Part shown: positions 38,114 to 48,377 of the stretch, piece after piece | How positions within the stretch are numbered: the stretch's first letter is position 1 | Layout of the letters: each line of letters starts with the position of its first letter | NCBI GenBank assembly: GCA_002839155.1 | Contig: PGXM01000002.1 | Span: 57,586 to 121,585, forward strand | Reading direction: 5' to 3' | Length of the DNA: 64,000 bases | Source of the DNA: Tenericutes bacterium HGW-Tenericutes-1 | GTDB lineage: Bacteria; Bacillota_I; Bacilli_A; Izemoplasmatales; Hujiaoplasmataceae | Program-made: the position numbers and the translations under genes | Notes under the pieces: generated by a model | Databases searched by the model: none | Seen by the model: the letters and a program-made list of their open reading frames with translations, nothing else | What the model was told of the DNA's origin: nothing

Positions 38114-40114
38114 TTATCTGTTTTCAAAATTTGAAGTAATCATATGAATAAATTCTATTGATAAAATCGGATCAAACTGAGTACCTGCATTTTTTCTAAT
38201 CTCTTCAATGGCTTCATTTTGAGAAAGCGGTGAACGATAAGTTCTCGCTTCCGTCATTGCATCAAAGGCATCCGCTAAAGCAATAATCCGGGCGCGAAGT
38301 GGAATTTCTTCTCCCTTTAATCCTTTAGGATATCCAAACCCATCCCAACGTTCATGATGACATAAAATATCTTCTGCCATTTCAGCATAATCTGTTGAAG
38401 CAGCTAAGATGCGGTAGCCAATTTCTGGATGTCTTCTGATTAAAGTCCATTCTTCAGGCGTCAATTTCCCAGGTTTATTTAAAACCGATTCATCAATCGC
38501 AATTTTTCCGATATCGTGGAGATTGCCGATGACTTTTAATTGCTTGATATCATCTCTACTCATTTTGAGATGTTCACCCATTAACATACATATTTCGCTG
38601 ACTCTACGAGAATGACTTTCTTCTCTAGGGTTTTTAACATAAAGCGTTGATAGAATTGCTTTAATTGTTTCAGAACGGTCGGAAGTCGATTCAAACAGTT
38701 TATTACGATACATTTCAACTTCTGCGAGCTTCATTGTTTCAACATCTTTATCAAGTTCCGTCATGGTCGCAACACCAAACGAAACGGATATATTAATGCC
38801 ATGAAAGACGGTAGCACCTAAAGTATTTTTTATTTTTTCGATAATCTTTAACGCATCTTGTTTCGATGAATTTTTCATAGCGATAATGAATTCATCGCCA
38901 CCGGACCGACAAACAATGTCTTCTTTTCTAAAATTCTTTTGAAGCGTTTTAGAAACAAGAATTATCAACTCATCACCAAAGTAATGTCCAAAGGCATCAT
39001 TGGTTAATTTTAATCCATTGATATCCGCAATCACAAAGGTAAGGGGTAAATCCATATTCTTTAAGTTTTCAATCGATTCACTGAAGTATCGACGATTATA
39101 TAGATTCGTTAAAAAATCATGATAACTAATATGTAATATTTCTTCTTCTCTACGTCTTTTTTCAGATATGTCTTGTCCAAACAAAGTCAATCCTATGACT
39201 TTATCTTGCTCATCAAGAATAGGGTTGATTGAAACTTCGACATACTTAATTCCTTCTATTTTATGACACTCGTACACCATCGTAATCCGGTGATTTTGTA
39301 AAACAAGATCAAATTTGCTCTTAAAATTTTTAGATAATGTATCATCATTGAGACTTTCAAGAAAATTAGTTTGAAGTGAAACATTAGCACCGAATTCATG
39401 TTTCATGAAATGGATATGCATCTCATTGAAAGTTAAATGATTATAGTTTTTGTCGAGAGAACACATAATTAAATTCGAAGGACTTTCTATTGAAGCTTTT
39501 AATAATAATTCAGATTGACGAATCTTATCATTCGCTTCCAAGCGGTCAATCTGATTTTTTAATGCAATTGCTAAAATTGCCCCTACTAATGGATATAACG
39601 TTAAGTATGGTAATATAATTGCGGGTATGACTATCATAGCTTTTTCCCAAGGTAAAGCCAGTTGACATAACACAACTACGACATGCACGATAAATCCAAG
39701 AATTATGAATTCAAAAAATACATTCTTTTTCATGTATTTTTTTCTGAGTACTCTCCAAAGCAAACCAATACCAGAAGCCGTAATAATTGATAATACTCCA
39801 GCTATGGCCCCATCACCACCAATGATGATACGGTAGGTAACAGATGCGATCATAGCAATTAAAGTTGCTAAGGGATTAAAAAAAGCTGCAGCGACACTCA
39901 AGATGACGCTTCTCGTATCATAGAAAATAGTTGCACTAGTTCCTGTTTCAAACCGCCAAGGATACATCATAATCATAATGGTGAAAAAACCAATCATAAG
40001 ACCGGCCACGATGATTTTGATTCGTTTTGTTTCATTGGGTTTGAAATTAAGAGCACCATATACAAATATCAAACCAAATAAAAGGATTGAATTTCTTACA
40101 AGATCAGAAAGCAT
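38114..40114 (-). CDS. 5TMR-LYT-type membrane sensor with PAS, GGDEF and HD-GYP domains
   Basis: About 666 aa from MLSDLVRNS (SD AAAGGAG 9 nt upstream). GGDEF motif RSGGDEF with I-site RKED 5 residues upstream. LHDIGK and HHERWDGFGYP. Confidence 0.85.
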   Translation of the reverse strand: MLSDLVRNSILLFGLIFVYGALNFKPNETKRIKIIVAGLMIGFFTIMIMMYPWRFETGTSATIFYDTRSVILSVAAAFFNPLATLIAMIASVTYRIIIGGDGAIAGVLSIITASGIGLLWRVLRKKYMKKNVFFEFIILGFIVHVVVVLCQLALPWEKAMIVIPAIILPYLTLYPLVGAILAIALKNQIDRLEANDKIRQSELLLKASIESPSNLIMCSLDKNYNHLTFNEMHIHFMKHEFGANVSLQTNFLESLNDDTLSKNFKSKFDLVLQNHRITMVYECHKIEGIKYVEVSINPILDEQDKVIGLTLFGQDISEKRRREEEILHISYHDFLTNLYNRRYFSESIENLKNMDLPLTFVIADINGLKLTNDAFGHYFGDELIILVSKTLQKNFRKEDIVCRSGGDEFIIAMKNSSKQDALKIIEKIKNTLGATVFHGINISVSFGVATMTELDKDVETMKLAEVEMYRNKLFESTSDRSETIKAILSTLYVKNPREESHSRRVSEICMLMGEHLKMSRDDIKQLKVIGNLHDIGKIAIDESVLNKPGKLTPEEWTLIRRHPEIGYRILAASTDYAEMAEDILCHHERWDGFGYPKGLKGEEIPLRARIIALADAFDAMTEARTYRSPLSQNEAIEEIRKNAGTQFDPILSIEFIHMITSNFENR

Positions 40115-40251
40115 GCAAATGCACTCCTTTCGCAGCAATATTACCTTATTAATATTAGAACTATTATACTTGTTATCATAAACTATCACAATAGTATATA
40201 AAATATTACTTAAATAAAAAACATTCTTCAAATATTCTTATTTTACACAAA

Positions 40252-41433
40252 TTAATCCCAATCAAGTAATCGTTTCTCTCCTATGAAGTTTTTCATGTTC
40301 GAAATATCTTGTGTTGTTTCAATAACCCCTTTATAAATACCTTCATGATTTCTAACTGCATAATAAGAAATCAACAGTTTAACTCCTTTAAAATCCATCC
40401 AAAATTGAGCTGTTGATTGACTTCCTGACTTAAATTCAGTTAAGATTTTTTCAACGATGTGAACACTTTTTTCAGGATGACAATATTTCACTTCACGACC
40501 AATAGTCTGTGCTGTTCTTGGAAAATGTCTTTCTTTTGTTTGATTAAAATAACGAACTTTATCAAATTCATCGACATAGGTTATCGCAATGGGTAGATGC
40601 GACATTATTAAGTTAAATTGATCTAGTGATAAAGTTCCAGTTTCAGTTGATATTTCAAAACTTGAAATCGGATGATTAGTTGAATTTTTAATGAATTTAG
40701 GGGTATCAATAAAAGCATAACCCGTGTCTTGTAAAGCATTAATCATCGAATTCCATGTGTCATGTTTAATATACTTACTTGCAAGCGGTAAAACAATAAT
40801 ATCTTCTTTTTGAATAAGTCCCGCTAATTGATAGTAAAATTGACCTATTTCTATTTTTAATGTTTGCCAATCAATGAAGTCTGATTTTAGTAATTCTATG
40901 ATCTTTACTCTAGAAACAAGTAAATCATCTTCTACACTCCATAAGACTTTAAAGGGGGTTTTTGAAGGCAACAATTTTTCTAGCACAGGATAAAGTATCA
41001 TTTGAGATTTGATAAATTTTTTCTCGATGACTTGCATACTTTCAAAAAAATCAAGGATTTGATGCGCTGAGTTTTCGATTATATTGTTTTCAAAATATGG
41101 TTTAATACTTTCTAATTGATTCATAATCGCTTGATTTTCATCAATAAAACTTTCCAATACATCCGATGAATGATTATCCCATTCGAATGCGATGAGACCA
41201 TGGTAAAACAAATTGACAAAACGATTCGCATAGTTTTTAATTTCATCGATGGAATACACTGTCGTATCTTGAAACATCGGAGCGTAAAACAAATCAATCG
41301 GTCTTACACTCTTTAACAAGGATTCATATTCACGATATAATGCGACTTTATCTTTTGAATCTAAATAACGACTCATAAATTCTCCAATTTGGATAGAACG
41401 ATTATGGTCATCATTCGAAAAAAGTTCAGACAT
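40252..41433 (-). CDS. DUF438 domain protein with C-terminal PAS domain
   Basis: 393 aa. C-terminal KYCHPEKSVHIVEKILTEFKSG...FWMDF matches the signature region of DUF438/PAS proteins. 20 nt upstream of the GGDEF-HD-GYP gene. Confidence 0.7.
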   Translation of the reverse strand: MSELFSNDDHNRSIQIGEFMSRYLDSKDKVALYREYESLLKSVRPIDLFYAPMFQDTTVYSIDEIKNYANRFVNLFYHGLIAFEWDNHSSDVLESFIDENQAIMNQLESIKPYFENNIIENSAHQILDFFESMQVIEKKFIKSQMILYPVLEKLLPSKTPFKVLWSVEDDLLVSRVKIIELLKSDFIDWQTLKIEIGQFYYQLAGLIQKEDIIVLPLASKYIKHDTWNSMINALQDTGYAFIDTPKFIKNSTNHPISSFEISTETGTLSLDQFNLIMSHLPIAITYVDEFDKVRYFNQTKERHFPRTAQTIGREVKYCHPEKSVHIVEKILTEFKSGSQSTAQFWMDFKGVKLLISYYAVRNHEGIYKGVIETTQDISNMKNFIGEKRLLDWD

Positions 41434-41608
41434 TTATATCCCTCCTAAATATCATAACTCATAATTTCATTATACCTTATCTATTCTATTTTTAGACATA
41501 AAACGTTAATTTTTATGTTCTATCAACCAATATATATTCATATTTGAGTATCTCATTTGCAAATTTTAATATCTGAGCATAAAATGAAATTAAAAGGAGA
41601 ATATTCAT

Positions 41609-41965
41609 ATGAACGAAGAACGATTGATTCAATCCTTTAAAAAAGGTGAACTATTATATCTAAGGTTGACGTATATCATGATTACAATCACCGTTATTCT
41701 ATTTGCGGTGGGTCTTTATGCCGTTAAGATGATCGTCGCAGTCCCAGCAGCAATCATTGAAGCATCTGCAATGTTTTTGTATGTTAATTTGGCCCATTTT
41801 ATCTATGGCATTGGCAGAATTATCTATTACGTTAGTAAAATTCGACCCTTAGGCGAGAAAGTCTCCATAAAGCGATCATTTATTTCAATTATTCTTTCTC
41901 CCGTCAATGCTTTGATATTATACATCGCTCTAATATTTATTGCTCTATCAAGCTGTGCAGCGTAA
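41609..41965 (+). CDS. small membrane protein, unknown function
   Basis: 118 aa with 3-4 TM helices. SD AAGGAG before the ATG. Confidence 0.45.
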   Translation: MNEERLIQSFKKGELLYLRLTYIMITITVILFAVGLYAVKMIVAVPAAIIEASAMFLYVNLAHFIYGIGRIIYYVSKIRPLGEKVSIKRSFISIILSPVNALILYIALIFIALSSCAA

Positions 41966-42057
41966 TCTTTTTTTAAAAATATCGTATTAGGTACTATACA
42001 AACAAAATCCTCTTATTCTATAATATAAATAGAATCATAGAATAGGGGGATATTTTT

Positions 42058-43395
42058 ATGAGAAGAAATTTGGCGTCCAAAATTCTTGTTTTAAGTATTG
42101 CTTTGCTATTTTTGCTCACGGGTTGTGCATTAAAATCTATACCAGACAATTTATTTAGTGAAGGTTTGTTAGCAATTGAAAAAGATGGCAGATATGGATA
42201 CCTTGATACAAAAGGCAATAAAGTCATTGACTTCTACTTTGATGAAGCCTATGCATTTAATGGTAAATATGCGATTATTGTCAGAAATAATGGTTACAAC
42301 ATCATCGATAAATCAGGCATCACTCAGTTCGATGACGATTTAGACTATTTGTATTTTGATTACGAAACTGGGTATTTGTGGTATGTCAAAGACGAACTCC
42401 TCGGATTAATGAAAACCAATGGTGATATCGTCGTCGAAGCGAAATACGAACTCACCGTAGAAGATGATTATTCTTCTTCTTTAGAATCTTTCTCTTACTT
42501 CCAAGAAGGTTTGGCAAGAGTTGTTAAAAATGGTAAATTCGGATATATTGATAAAACCGGTGAGATTATTATTGATTTTGATTATGAGGATGCTGGCCAT
42601 TTTAGTCAAGGATTAGCTTATTATGCAAATAGCGAAGGAAAATATGGTTATATCAATAAAAAAGGTGAAATTATTATTTCACCAAAATACGATTACGCTG
42701 AAGAGTTTAATTTAAACAAACAAGCCATCGTCGCAGATATTACAACTGAGTATGATTATATTTATGCACTCATCAATAAAGATGGTGAAGAAATTATCGG
42801 AAGTCTATCTGACATTGAAGATCATAACGATATTTATATTGTAATAAAAGACGAAAAATGTTACTTGATAAACACCAAAGGAAAAATGATATCTGAAGAT
42901 ATCTTTAATGATTTCGCAGAGATGGGTGAATTCATTCTACTCGCTGTTTTAAATGATGATTACGACGCAACCGCAATTACGATATTTAAACTTAATGGTG
43001 ATGTTTATTATGAATTAACTGAAAATGAAGTCTCAGGAGAGGAACTCGCTGATTTCTTCGCTATCGATGATAAACTTTACTTATTATTTAAACCAAAAAG
43101 TGGATCAACAATTACTTTAAAACTAAAAAAAGATACTTGGACATTTGAAGCAGACTCAGTCAATGATATTCATGGTAAATATGTAATTACTGAAAGAAAT
43201 GATGAGTATGGCGTCAGAACTTTTAAAGACGCAATGGTCATTGACTATTTATACGATTACATTTGGGCTTATGATGATGGGTATTTCTTAGCGAGACTGG
43301 ATGGTAAAATCGGGATACTTAACGAACGTGGAAAAACCATAGCTGAATTTCTTTATACCTCATGCAATACTGATATTAATTCATATAACAAATAG
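42058..43395 (+). CDS. WG repeat-containing lipoprotein
   Basis: 445 aa. Lipobox LLTGC. Repeated G[KR]YGY[IL][DN]K.GE..I units (KWG-type repeats). Confidence 0.8.
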   Translation: MRRNLASKILVLSIALLFLLTGCALKSIPDNLFSEGLLAIEKDGRYGYLDTKGNKVIDFYFDEAYAFNGKYAIIVRNNGYNIIDKSGITQFDDDLDYLYFDYETGYLWYVKDELLGLMKTNGDIVVEAKYELTVEDDYSSSLESFSYFQEGLARVVKNGKFGYIDKTGEIIIDFDYEDAGHFSQGLAYYANSEGKYGYINKKGEIIISPKYDYAEEFNLNKQAIVADITTEYDYIYALINKDGEEIIGSLSDIEDHNDIYIVIKDEKCYLINTKGKMISEDIFNDFAEMGEFILLAVLNDDYDATAITIFKLNGDVYYELTENEVSGEELADFFAIDDKLYLLFKPKSGSTITLKLKKDTWTFEADSVNDIHGKYVITERNDEYGVRTFKDAMVIDYLYDYIWAYDDGYFLARLDGKIGILNERGKTIAEFLYTSCNTDINSYNK

Positions 43396-43414
43396 TAAAA
43401 AAGGATAAAAAAAT

Positions 43415-43444
43415 AGGTGCATCCAAACGGATAGCACCTTTTTA
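43415..43444. terminator. bidirectional intrinsic terminator
   Basis: AGGTGC(ATCC-AAAC-GGAT)AGCACCT hairpin, flanked by an A-run and a T-run, between the convergent WG-repeat and lemA-like genes. Confidence 0.7.
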
Positions 43445-43448
43445 ATGA

Positions 43449-44039
43449 TTAAAATTTAACTTTAACGGCTTGTCTTTCTGCTGCATCTTCAACTTCAAAG
43501 TATTCAGCACTCTTGAACCCAAACATATTCGCTACAACATTTGTTGGGAATACTTCTTTGGTGTTATTGAACTTAAGCGCGGTGTCATTGTAAAATTGAC
43601 GACCATATGCAATTTTGTCTTCTGTGTCTTTGAGTTGAGCCATGAGATCACGGAAGTTTTCATTGGCTTTTAATTCTGGATATTGTTCTTGTACCACCAT
43701 TAAACGGCTTAATGCGCCTGTGATGCCTTTATCAGCTTCAGCGGCTTGCGCAACATTTCCCGTCTTTTGCGCTTGAGCGAATAATCCTCTCGCTCTTGCG
43801 AATTCACCGAAAATCGATTCTTCATGCGCTGCGTAACCTTTAACGGTTTCAACTAAGTTGGGAATCATATCAAAACGACGTTTTAATTGAACATCAATTT
43901 GACTCCAACTATTTTTGACTTTATTTCTGAGAACGACTAACTTGTTATAAACGCTTATTACAAAAAATGCCACTAAAACGACAATCACTAAAACGATGAT
44001 ACCAATAACTGCTCCTGCACCAATTGCTAAAAAATTCAT
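43449..44039 (-). CDS. LemA family protein
   Basis: 196 aa. N-terminal TM helix plus the conserved NKLVVLRN...WSQIDVQLKRR.D.IPNLV...YA.HE signature. Confidence 0.85.
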   Translation of the reverse strand: MNFLAIGAGAVIGIIVLVIVVLVAFFVISVYNKLVVLRNKVKNSWSQIDVQLKRRFDMIPNLVETVKGYAAHEESIFGEFARARGLFAQAQKTGNVAQAAEADKGITGALSRLMVVQEQYPELKANENFRDLMAQLKDTEDKIAYGRQFYNDTALKFNNTKEVFPTNVVANMFGFKSAEYFEVEDAAERQAVKVKF

Positions 44040-44061
44040 TTATTCATTCTCCCTTCTATAT

Positions 44062-46008
44062 TTAGCGGCTTCTGCCGCCTCCTCCGCCACCGCCAAACGA
44101 ACTTCCACCACCAAAGCTACCGCCACGGCCGCCTGATGATACCTTAGCAGCATTATGGGCTGCAATGGTTTGGAATGAGTTCGCTTTCGCTGTGGAAAAT
44201 GAGCGATTAAATCTGCCTAAGGCATAACCCCAGAAAAAATCCCGTGAACGATACCTTGTATTTAAGAAAGTACCTTCACTTTCTTCAGATGCGATTTGCG
44301 GTAATTTCACCTTTAACTGATCCATGACTTTATCCGCTATCTTTAAAGATGTTGCATAAACCAAGTAATGTTCCCAAACGATAATCCCTGGAATAGGATA
44401 ATCTTTCATGTTTGAAAAATCAAGCAAGAAATTTCTAAATGCTTTCCATTTGGCATAAAGTTCATTACCATATCGACTGCGTTTTTGAATGGTACTGACA
44501 TAGATGCCGTAGATAGCAGTGACTACGATTGAAATGACAATTGCAACAATATTATTAAGGGTGTACACTGACTGTGTCCAAAGTGATACTAGTAACATGA
44601 CAATCGGTATGATGATAAATATCATTGCCTTGCTTTTTGATTCTGAGATTCCTGATTCAAAATAAGGTCTTTTATCCGCAACCCGTTTGATGGATCTAAC
44701 AAATTGTCTTGCTGAAGCTTGGAACTGTTCTGCTTTTGTCACATTGCCTTTACCATAACCTTCAATCTTCGCGATTGAAACGCGAGTCCCATCACCGATT
44801 TTTCTAAAAATCCAATCGATTAAAAACTTTTCATGTTCGAGTAACTCTGATTGATCTTTCTCTTTCACTAACTCAAATGTAAAGTCGGGATTGCTGGTTG
44901 ATAATTCGTTAGGATTATAATCAAGAACAATATATTTTCTACGGATTAAATCGAGTAATGTCGCGGTGAAATCCTCATCATTGGTTTTCTTCATGTAGTA
45001 AAGATAACTCATTTCTGCAGGCGTTTCATCACTCGGTAAATCACGGAAGTATTCGCCTTGAAAATCAGGCGTATATTCCTTATCATATTTTTTATAAACA
45101 TAATAGATAATGAATGCCATTCCGAATAGCATCGCAATTGAAGTGTAATAAACAAATTGAGCGATGATAATTCTACGGTTCGTCTCAATAGCTAAATTTT
45201 CTTCATAATTAGAAATAACTTCTAAATTCATGTCTGGGTGGATAAATCGGTTCACAGACCGTAATGTTGGATAAAGGGACGTTGGTGTTAAAATTCTAAA
45301 TTCTAACATTTCCTCAGTTTTAATTTTATTAATGGTCATTTCAATCGTATGATTATCGACGATTTCAATCGTTCCATCACTCAACCCATGACCCCAGACA
45401 TATAATTCTTCAGTTGTGTAGGCGTTTGCTGGTAAATTAACTAATACATGTGCCTCATCAATATCAGCTTCCATATAGTCAAATAGGACCCAGTTCAACT
45501 CAGAAATATCAGAATATTCGGTGATAACGCCATTAATCGTGTAGTCATATTGAAACTTAATATCACCCACCATTTGGTCGGGTCCAAAATTTACAAATAA
45601 AGATTCACAAGAACTACTATAAGGATAACAGGTAATTAAATCACCTAGTTCATCATAATCCCCATTAAATGAGTAACCTATTTCGACGTTATTGGTAATT
45701 TCTTGACCATCTTTCCATACTCGAACTGCGACGTTTGTCTCATCAAATGTCGCGACATTCTGCGCGCTTTTTGTTAATGGGTATCCTTCTGGATATTTAT
45801 TAAATTTAATATCACGAAAACGAACGGATAATGCTTCTAAATATTCCATATCCCAGGTCTCTGAGACATGCATATCTCCTTCGCTGTCAATGGTTATTAC
45901 GGCGTCATATTGATTGATTTTAATGCTTGAAGCATCAAATATACTCACAATAACGAAAAACGCAACGAATAAAACCCCTAAAGTGATAAACCGAACATAT
46001 TTTGTCAT
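44062..46008 (-). CDS. DUF2207 domain membrane protein with Gly-rich C-terminus
   Basis: N-terminal TM, extracellular beta-rich domain, 3 internal TM helices, C-terminal GGRGGSFGGGSSFGGGGGGGRSR. Classic partner of LemA. I prefer ATG at 46008 (GGAGGAAG upstream) over the ORF-caller TTG at 46035. Confidence 0.7.
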   Translation of the reverse strand: MTKYVRFITLGVLFVAFFVIVSIFDASSIKINQYDAVITIDSEGDMHVSETWDMEYLEALSVRFRDIKFNKYPEGYPLTKSAQNVATFDETNVAVRVWKDGQEITNNVEIGYSFNGDYDELGDLITCYPYSSSCESLFVNFGPDQMVGDIKFQYDYTINGVITEYSDISELNWVLFDYMEADIDEAHVLVNLPANAYTTEELYVWGHGLSDGTIEIVDNHTIEMTINKIKTEEMLEFRILTPTSLYPTLRSVNRFIHPDMNLEVISNYEENLAIETNRRIIIAQFVYYTSIAMLFGMAFIIYYVYKKYDKEYTPDFQGEYFRDLPSDETPAEMSYLYYMKKTNDEDFTATLLDLIRRKYIVLDYNPNELSTSNPDFTFELVKEKDQSELLEHEKFLIDWIFRKIGDGTRVSIAKIEGYGKGNVTKAEQFQASARQFVRSIKRVADKRPYFESGISESKSKAMIFIIIPIVMLLVSLWTQSVYTLNNIVAIVISIVVTAIYGIYVSTIQKRSRYGNELYAKWKAFRNFLLDFSNMKDYPIPGIIVWEHYLVYATSLKIADKVMDQLKVKLPQIASEESEGTFLNTRYRSRDFFWGYALGRFNRSFSTAKANSFQTIAAHNAAKVSSGGRGGSFGGGSSFGGGGGGGRSR

Positions 46009-46154
46009 AAAGCTATGCTTCCTCCAATCATTCAAGTGGGTGATTTTAGCGTAAAAATAACTATAAATACGCTATTAATTATATACCTGATAAGGTAAAC
46101 CGTAAATACATAATTTTTAATTTATTTGTAAATATTTTTATGATATTTTTTTAA

Positions 46155-46466
46155 TTAACTTGGGAGGGATGTCCCCACAATAATCATGATGAAACCAAAA
46201 AGAGATGTTAGTATAAAAGCTAATGAAATAATCCATCTTGTTTTCTTGGTAAAAGGTCTTGTAAGCCACATATAAGGTAGTCCGTAAGGAAATATAAAGA
46301 TTAGCAATAGAATTGTAAAAAACCGATTACTTTCTGTGTTATTACAACCAATATAATCCTTTTTTGTGGTTTTCGAATCAAGACTATCAATCATAATCTT
46401 TTCTCCACAATATGGACAAAATTGAAAGCGGCTGTCAATCGTTCTATTGCAATACTTGCATGTCAT
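46155..46466 (-). CDS. zinc-ribbon domain membrane protein
   Basis: 103 aa. CKYC...CPYCG zinc ribbon followed by 2 TM helices. SD AAAGGAG. Confidence 0.6.
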   Translation of the reverse strand: MTCKYCNRTIDSRFQFCPYCGEKIMIDSLDSKTTKKDYIGCNNTESNRFFTILLLIFIFPYGLPYMWLTRPFTKKTRWIISLAFILTSLFGFIMIIVGTSLPS

Positions 46467-46523
46467 AAAATATGACTCCTTTAATATATAATTATCTCTA
46501 TATTACCACAATGATGACTTAAA

Positions 46524-46565
46524 TACAAAAAAAGAAGCAATTTAGGTTTCCCTATTTTGCTTCTT
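46524..46565 (-). terminator. intrinsic terminator after oppA
   Basis: Stem AAGAAGCAA (46532-46540) pairs with TTGCTTCTT (46557-46565), then U7 on the minus strand. Confidence 0.7.
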
Positions 46566-46583
46566 ATTTATTTTATGTATTAA

Positions 46584-48323
46584 TTATCTTTCTAATTTTG
46601 CATGAGTGAAGTCTACAGAACCTAATACTGAACGGCCCCAATCCTTCAAATATGACTTAGCCATCATAACATCCGAATAGTAATAAATCGGAATCATTGG
46701 CATATCAGCCATTAACATATCGTTAGCTGCATACAATTTTTGGAAATGTAAAGCCATATCTGTTGTTGATTGTGATTCAGAAAGTAATGCGTCATAAGCA
46801 GCTTTTTCATAGTTTGGATCATTATAAGCATTGCCAGTTGTGAAAATAGCTAACATGCCTGCAGGATCCATAAAGTCTGTTAACCAGCCGCCGCGTGCAA
46901 CGTCAAAGTTTCCAGCTTTTCTAGTGTCTTGGAATACTGCCCATTCTTGGTTTTGAAGCGTTAATTCAACGCCAAGAACTTGTTTCCAGTCTTCTTGAAC
47001 CATTTCAGCAACCATTCTATGAGCTTCACTTGTATTATATAGAATAACTTTGCCATCTAAGTAAGTTTTTAATTCAGCAACAGTTTTGCCCATTTCAGCA
47101 GCTGCTGCAGCGAATAATGTTACTGCTTCAGCTTCGCCACCGCTACCAGTTGACATTCCATAGTCTCCTGATTCAGTTGCGAAATCTTTACCTTCATTGT
47201 CAGTAAATCCAACTGGAACGAATCCTTTTGCTGGAATTTGACCTCCTGATAAAGCTTCAGTAATATCTTCTCTGTTGATAGCTAATGCTAAAGCTCTACG
47301 GAGTTTCGCATTTTGCCATTCAGGTCTGTCTAAGTTAAAGCTGTAATAATAGGTTCCTAATAATGGGAAAGCATAGAATTCTTCACTTAATGCCATTAAG
47401 TCTGGAATCATCATTGAAGGAACTGCAGGGATGAAATCATATTCGCCAGCATTGTATTTTGCATAAGCGGTTGTTTCAAGGTCAACGAAATCGCCTTCAA
47501 TTGCTTCAATATAAACTTCTTTTTTGTTCCAGTATTCATCGTTCTTTTCAAGTCTTAATCCTTCGCCAGCTGTATAATCAACTAAAACGAAAGGTCCATT
47601 TGAAACAACGAGGTCAGGATTTTTAGCCCATAGTCCATCTTCTCCACCAACTGCTTCAACAGCAGATTGTTTAACTGGTAAGAAATGATAGAAAGCCATT
47701 AAGCTTACGAAGTAAGCAGCTGGATTCACTAATTTAACTTCTAATGTTAAATCATCAATCGCTTTAACACCAACTAAAGCGAGTTGTTCATCAACAGTTA
47801 AACCAGTTTCGTCATCTTTGTCGTCTGAATAATCAGTTCCAACTAAAGCGCCGTCATCATCGTATTCGTTGCAATCATCAGTTGCATTGTCGCAAACGTC
47901 AGTCCAATAGATTGTTTCTAAAGAACCAACTACGTTTGTATATTCCCAAATCCAAGCATATTCGCTGGCAGTTCTTGGGTCCATACCACGTTTCCACGAG
48001 TAAACGAAATCAGAAGCTGTTAATGGTGTGCCATCGCTCCAATTTGATTCTCTCAAAGTAAACGTTACTGTTTTACCATCAGCTGAAGTAACCCATGATT
48101 CTGCGATACCAGGGTAAACCACACTGTCGATTTCACGAACGAGGCCTTCAAACGTTTGGTTGATGACGTCGCCGCCATCAGAAGCACCATTGAGGGTTGG
48201 GTCGATGGTGAGTGGATCTGCACCAATGTTCCAGAATAACGTGTTGTCTTCAACACTGCCGTTACATGCGGCGATTCCTAACACAAGTGCTAGTACTACA
48301 AACACAGAAAACAATTTTTTCAT
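46584..48323 (-). CDS. oppA: oligopeptide ABC transporter substrate-binding lipoprotein
   Basis: 579 aa. Lipobox LGIAAC. SBP family 5 layout. Last gene of the opp operon. Confidence 0.8.
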   Translation of the reverse strand: MKKLFSVFVVLALVLGIAACNGSVEDNTLFWNIGADPLTIDPTLNGASDGGDVINQTFEGLVREIDSVVYPGIAESWVTSADGKTVTFTLRESNWSDGTPLTASDFVYSWKRGMDPRTASEYAWIWEYTNVVGSLETIYWTDVCDNATDDCNEYDDDGALVGTDYSDDKDDETGLTVDEQLALVGVKAIDDLTLEVKLVNPAAYFVSLMAFYHFLPVKQSAVEAVGGEDGLWAKNPDLVVSNGPFVLVDYTAGEGLRLEKNDEYWNKKEVYIEAIEGDFVDLETTAYAKYNAGEYDFIPAVPSMMIPDLMALSEEFYAFPLLGTYYYSFNLDRPEWQNAKLRRALALAINREDITEALSGGQIPAKGFVPVGFTDNEGKDFATESGDYGMSTGSGGEAEAVTLFAAAAAEMGKTVAELKTYLDGKVILYNTSEAHRMVAEMVQEDWKQVLGVELTLQNQEWAVFQDTRKAGNFDVARGGWLTDFMDPAGMLAIFTTGNAYNDPNYEKAAYDALLSESQSTTDMALHFQKLYAANDMLMADMPMIPIYYYSDVMMAKSYLKDWGRSVLGSVDFTHAKLER

Positions 48324-48377
48324 TTCTTCTTCTCCTCCATTTTTTTTGTTTCAAAATCTATTTAATCACCTTTGGTG

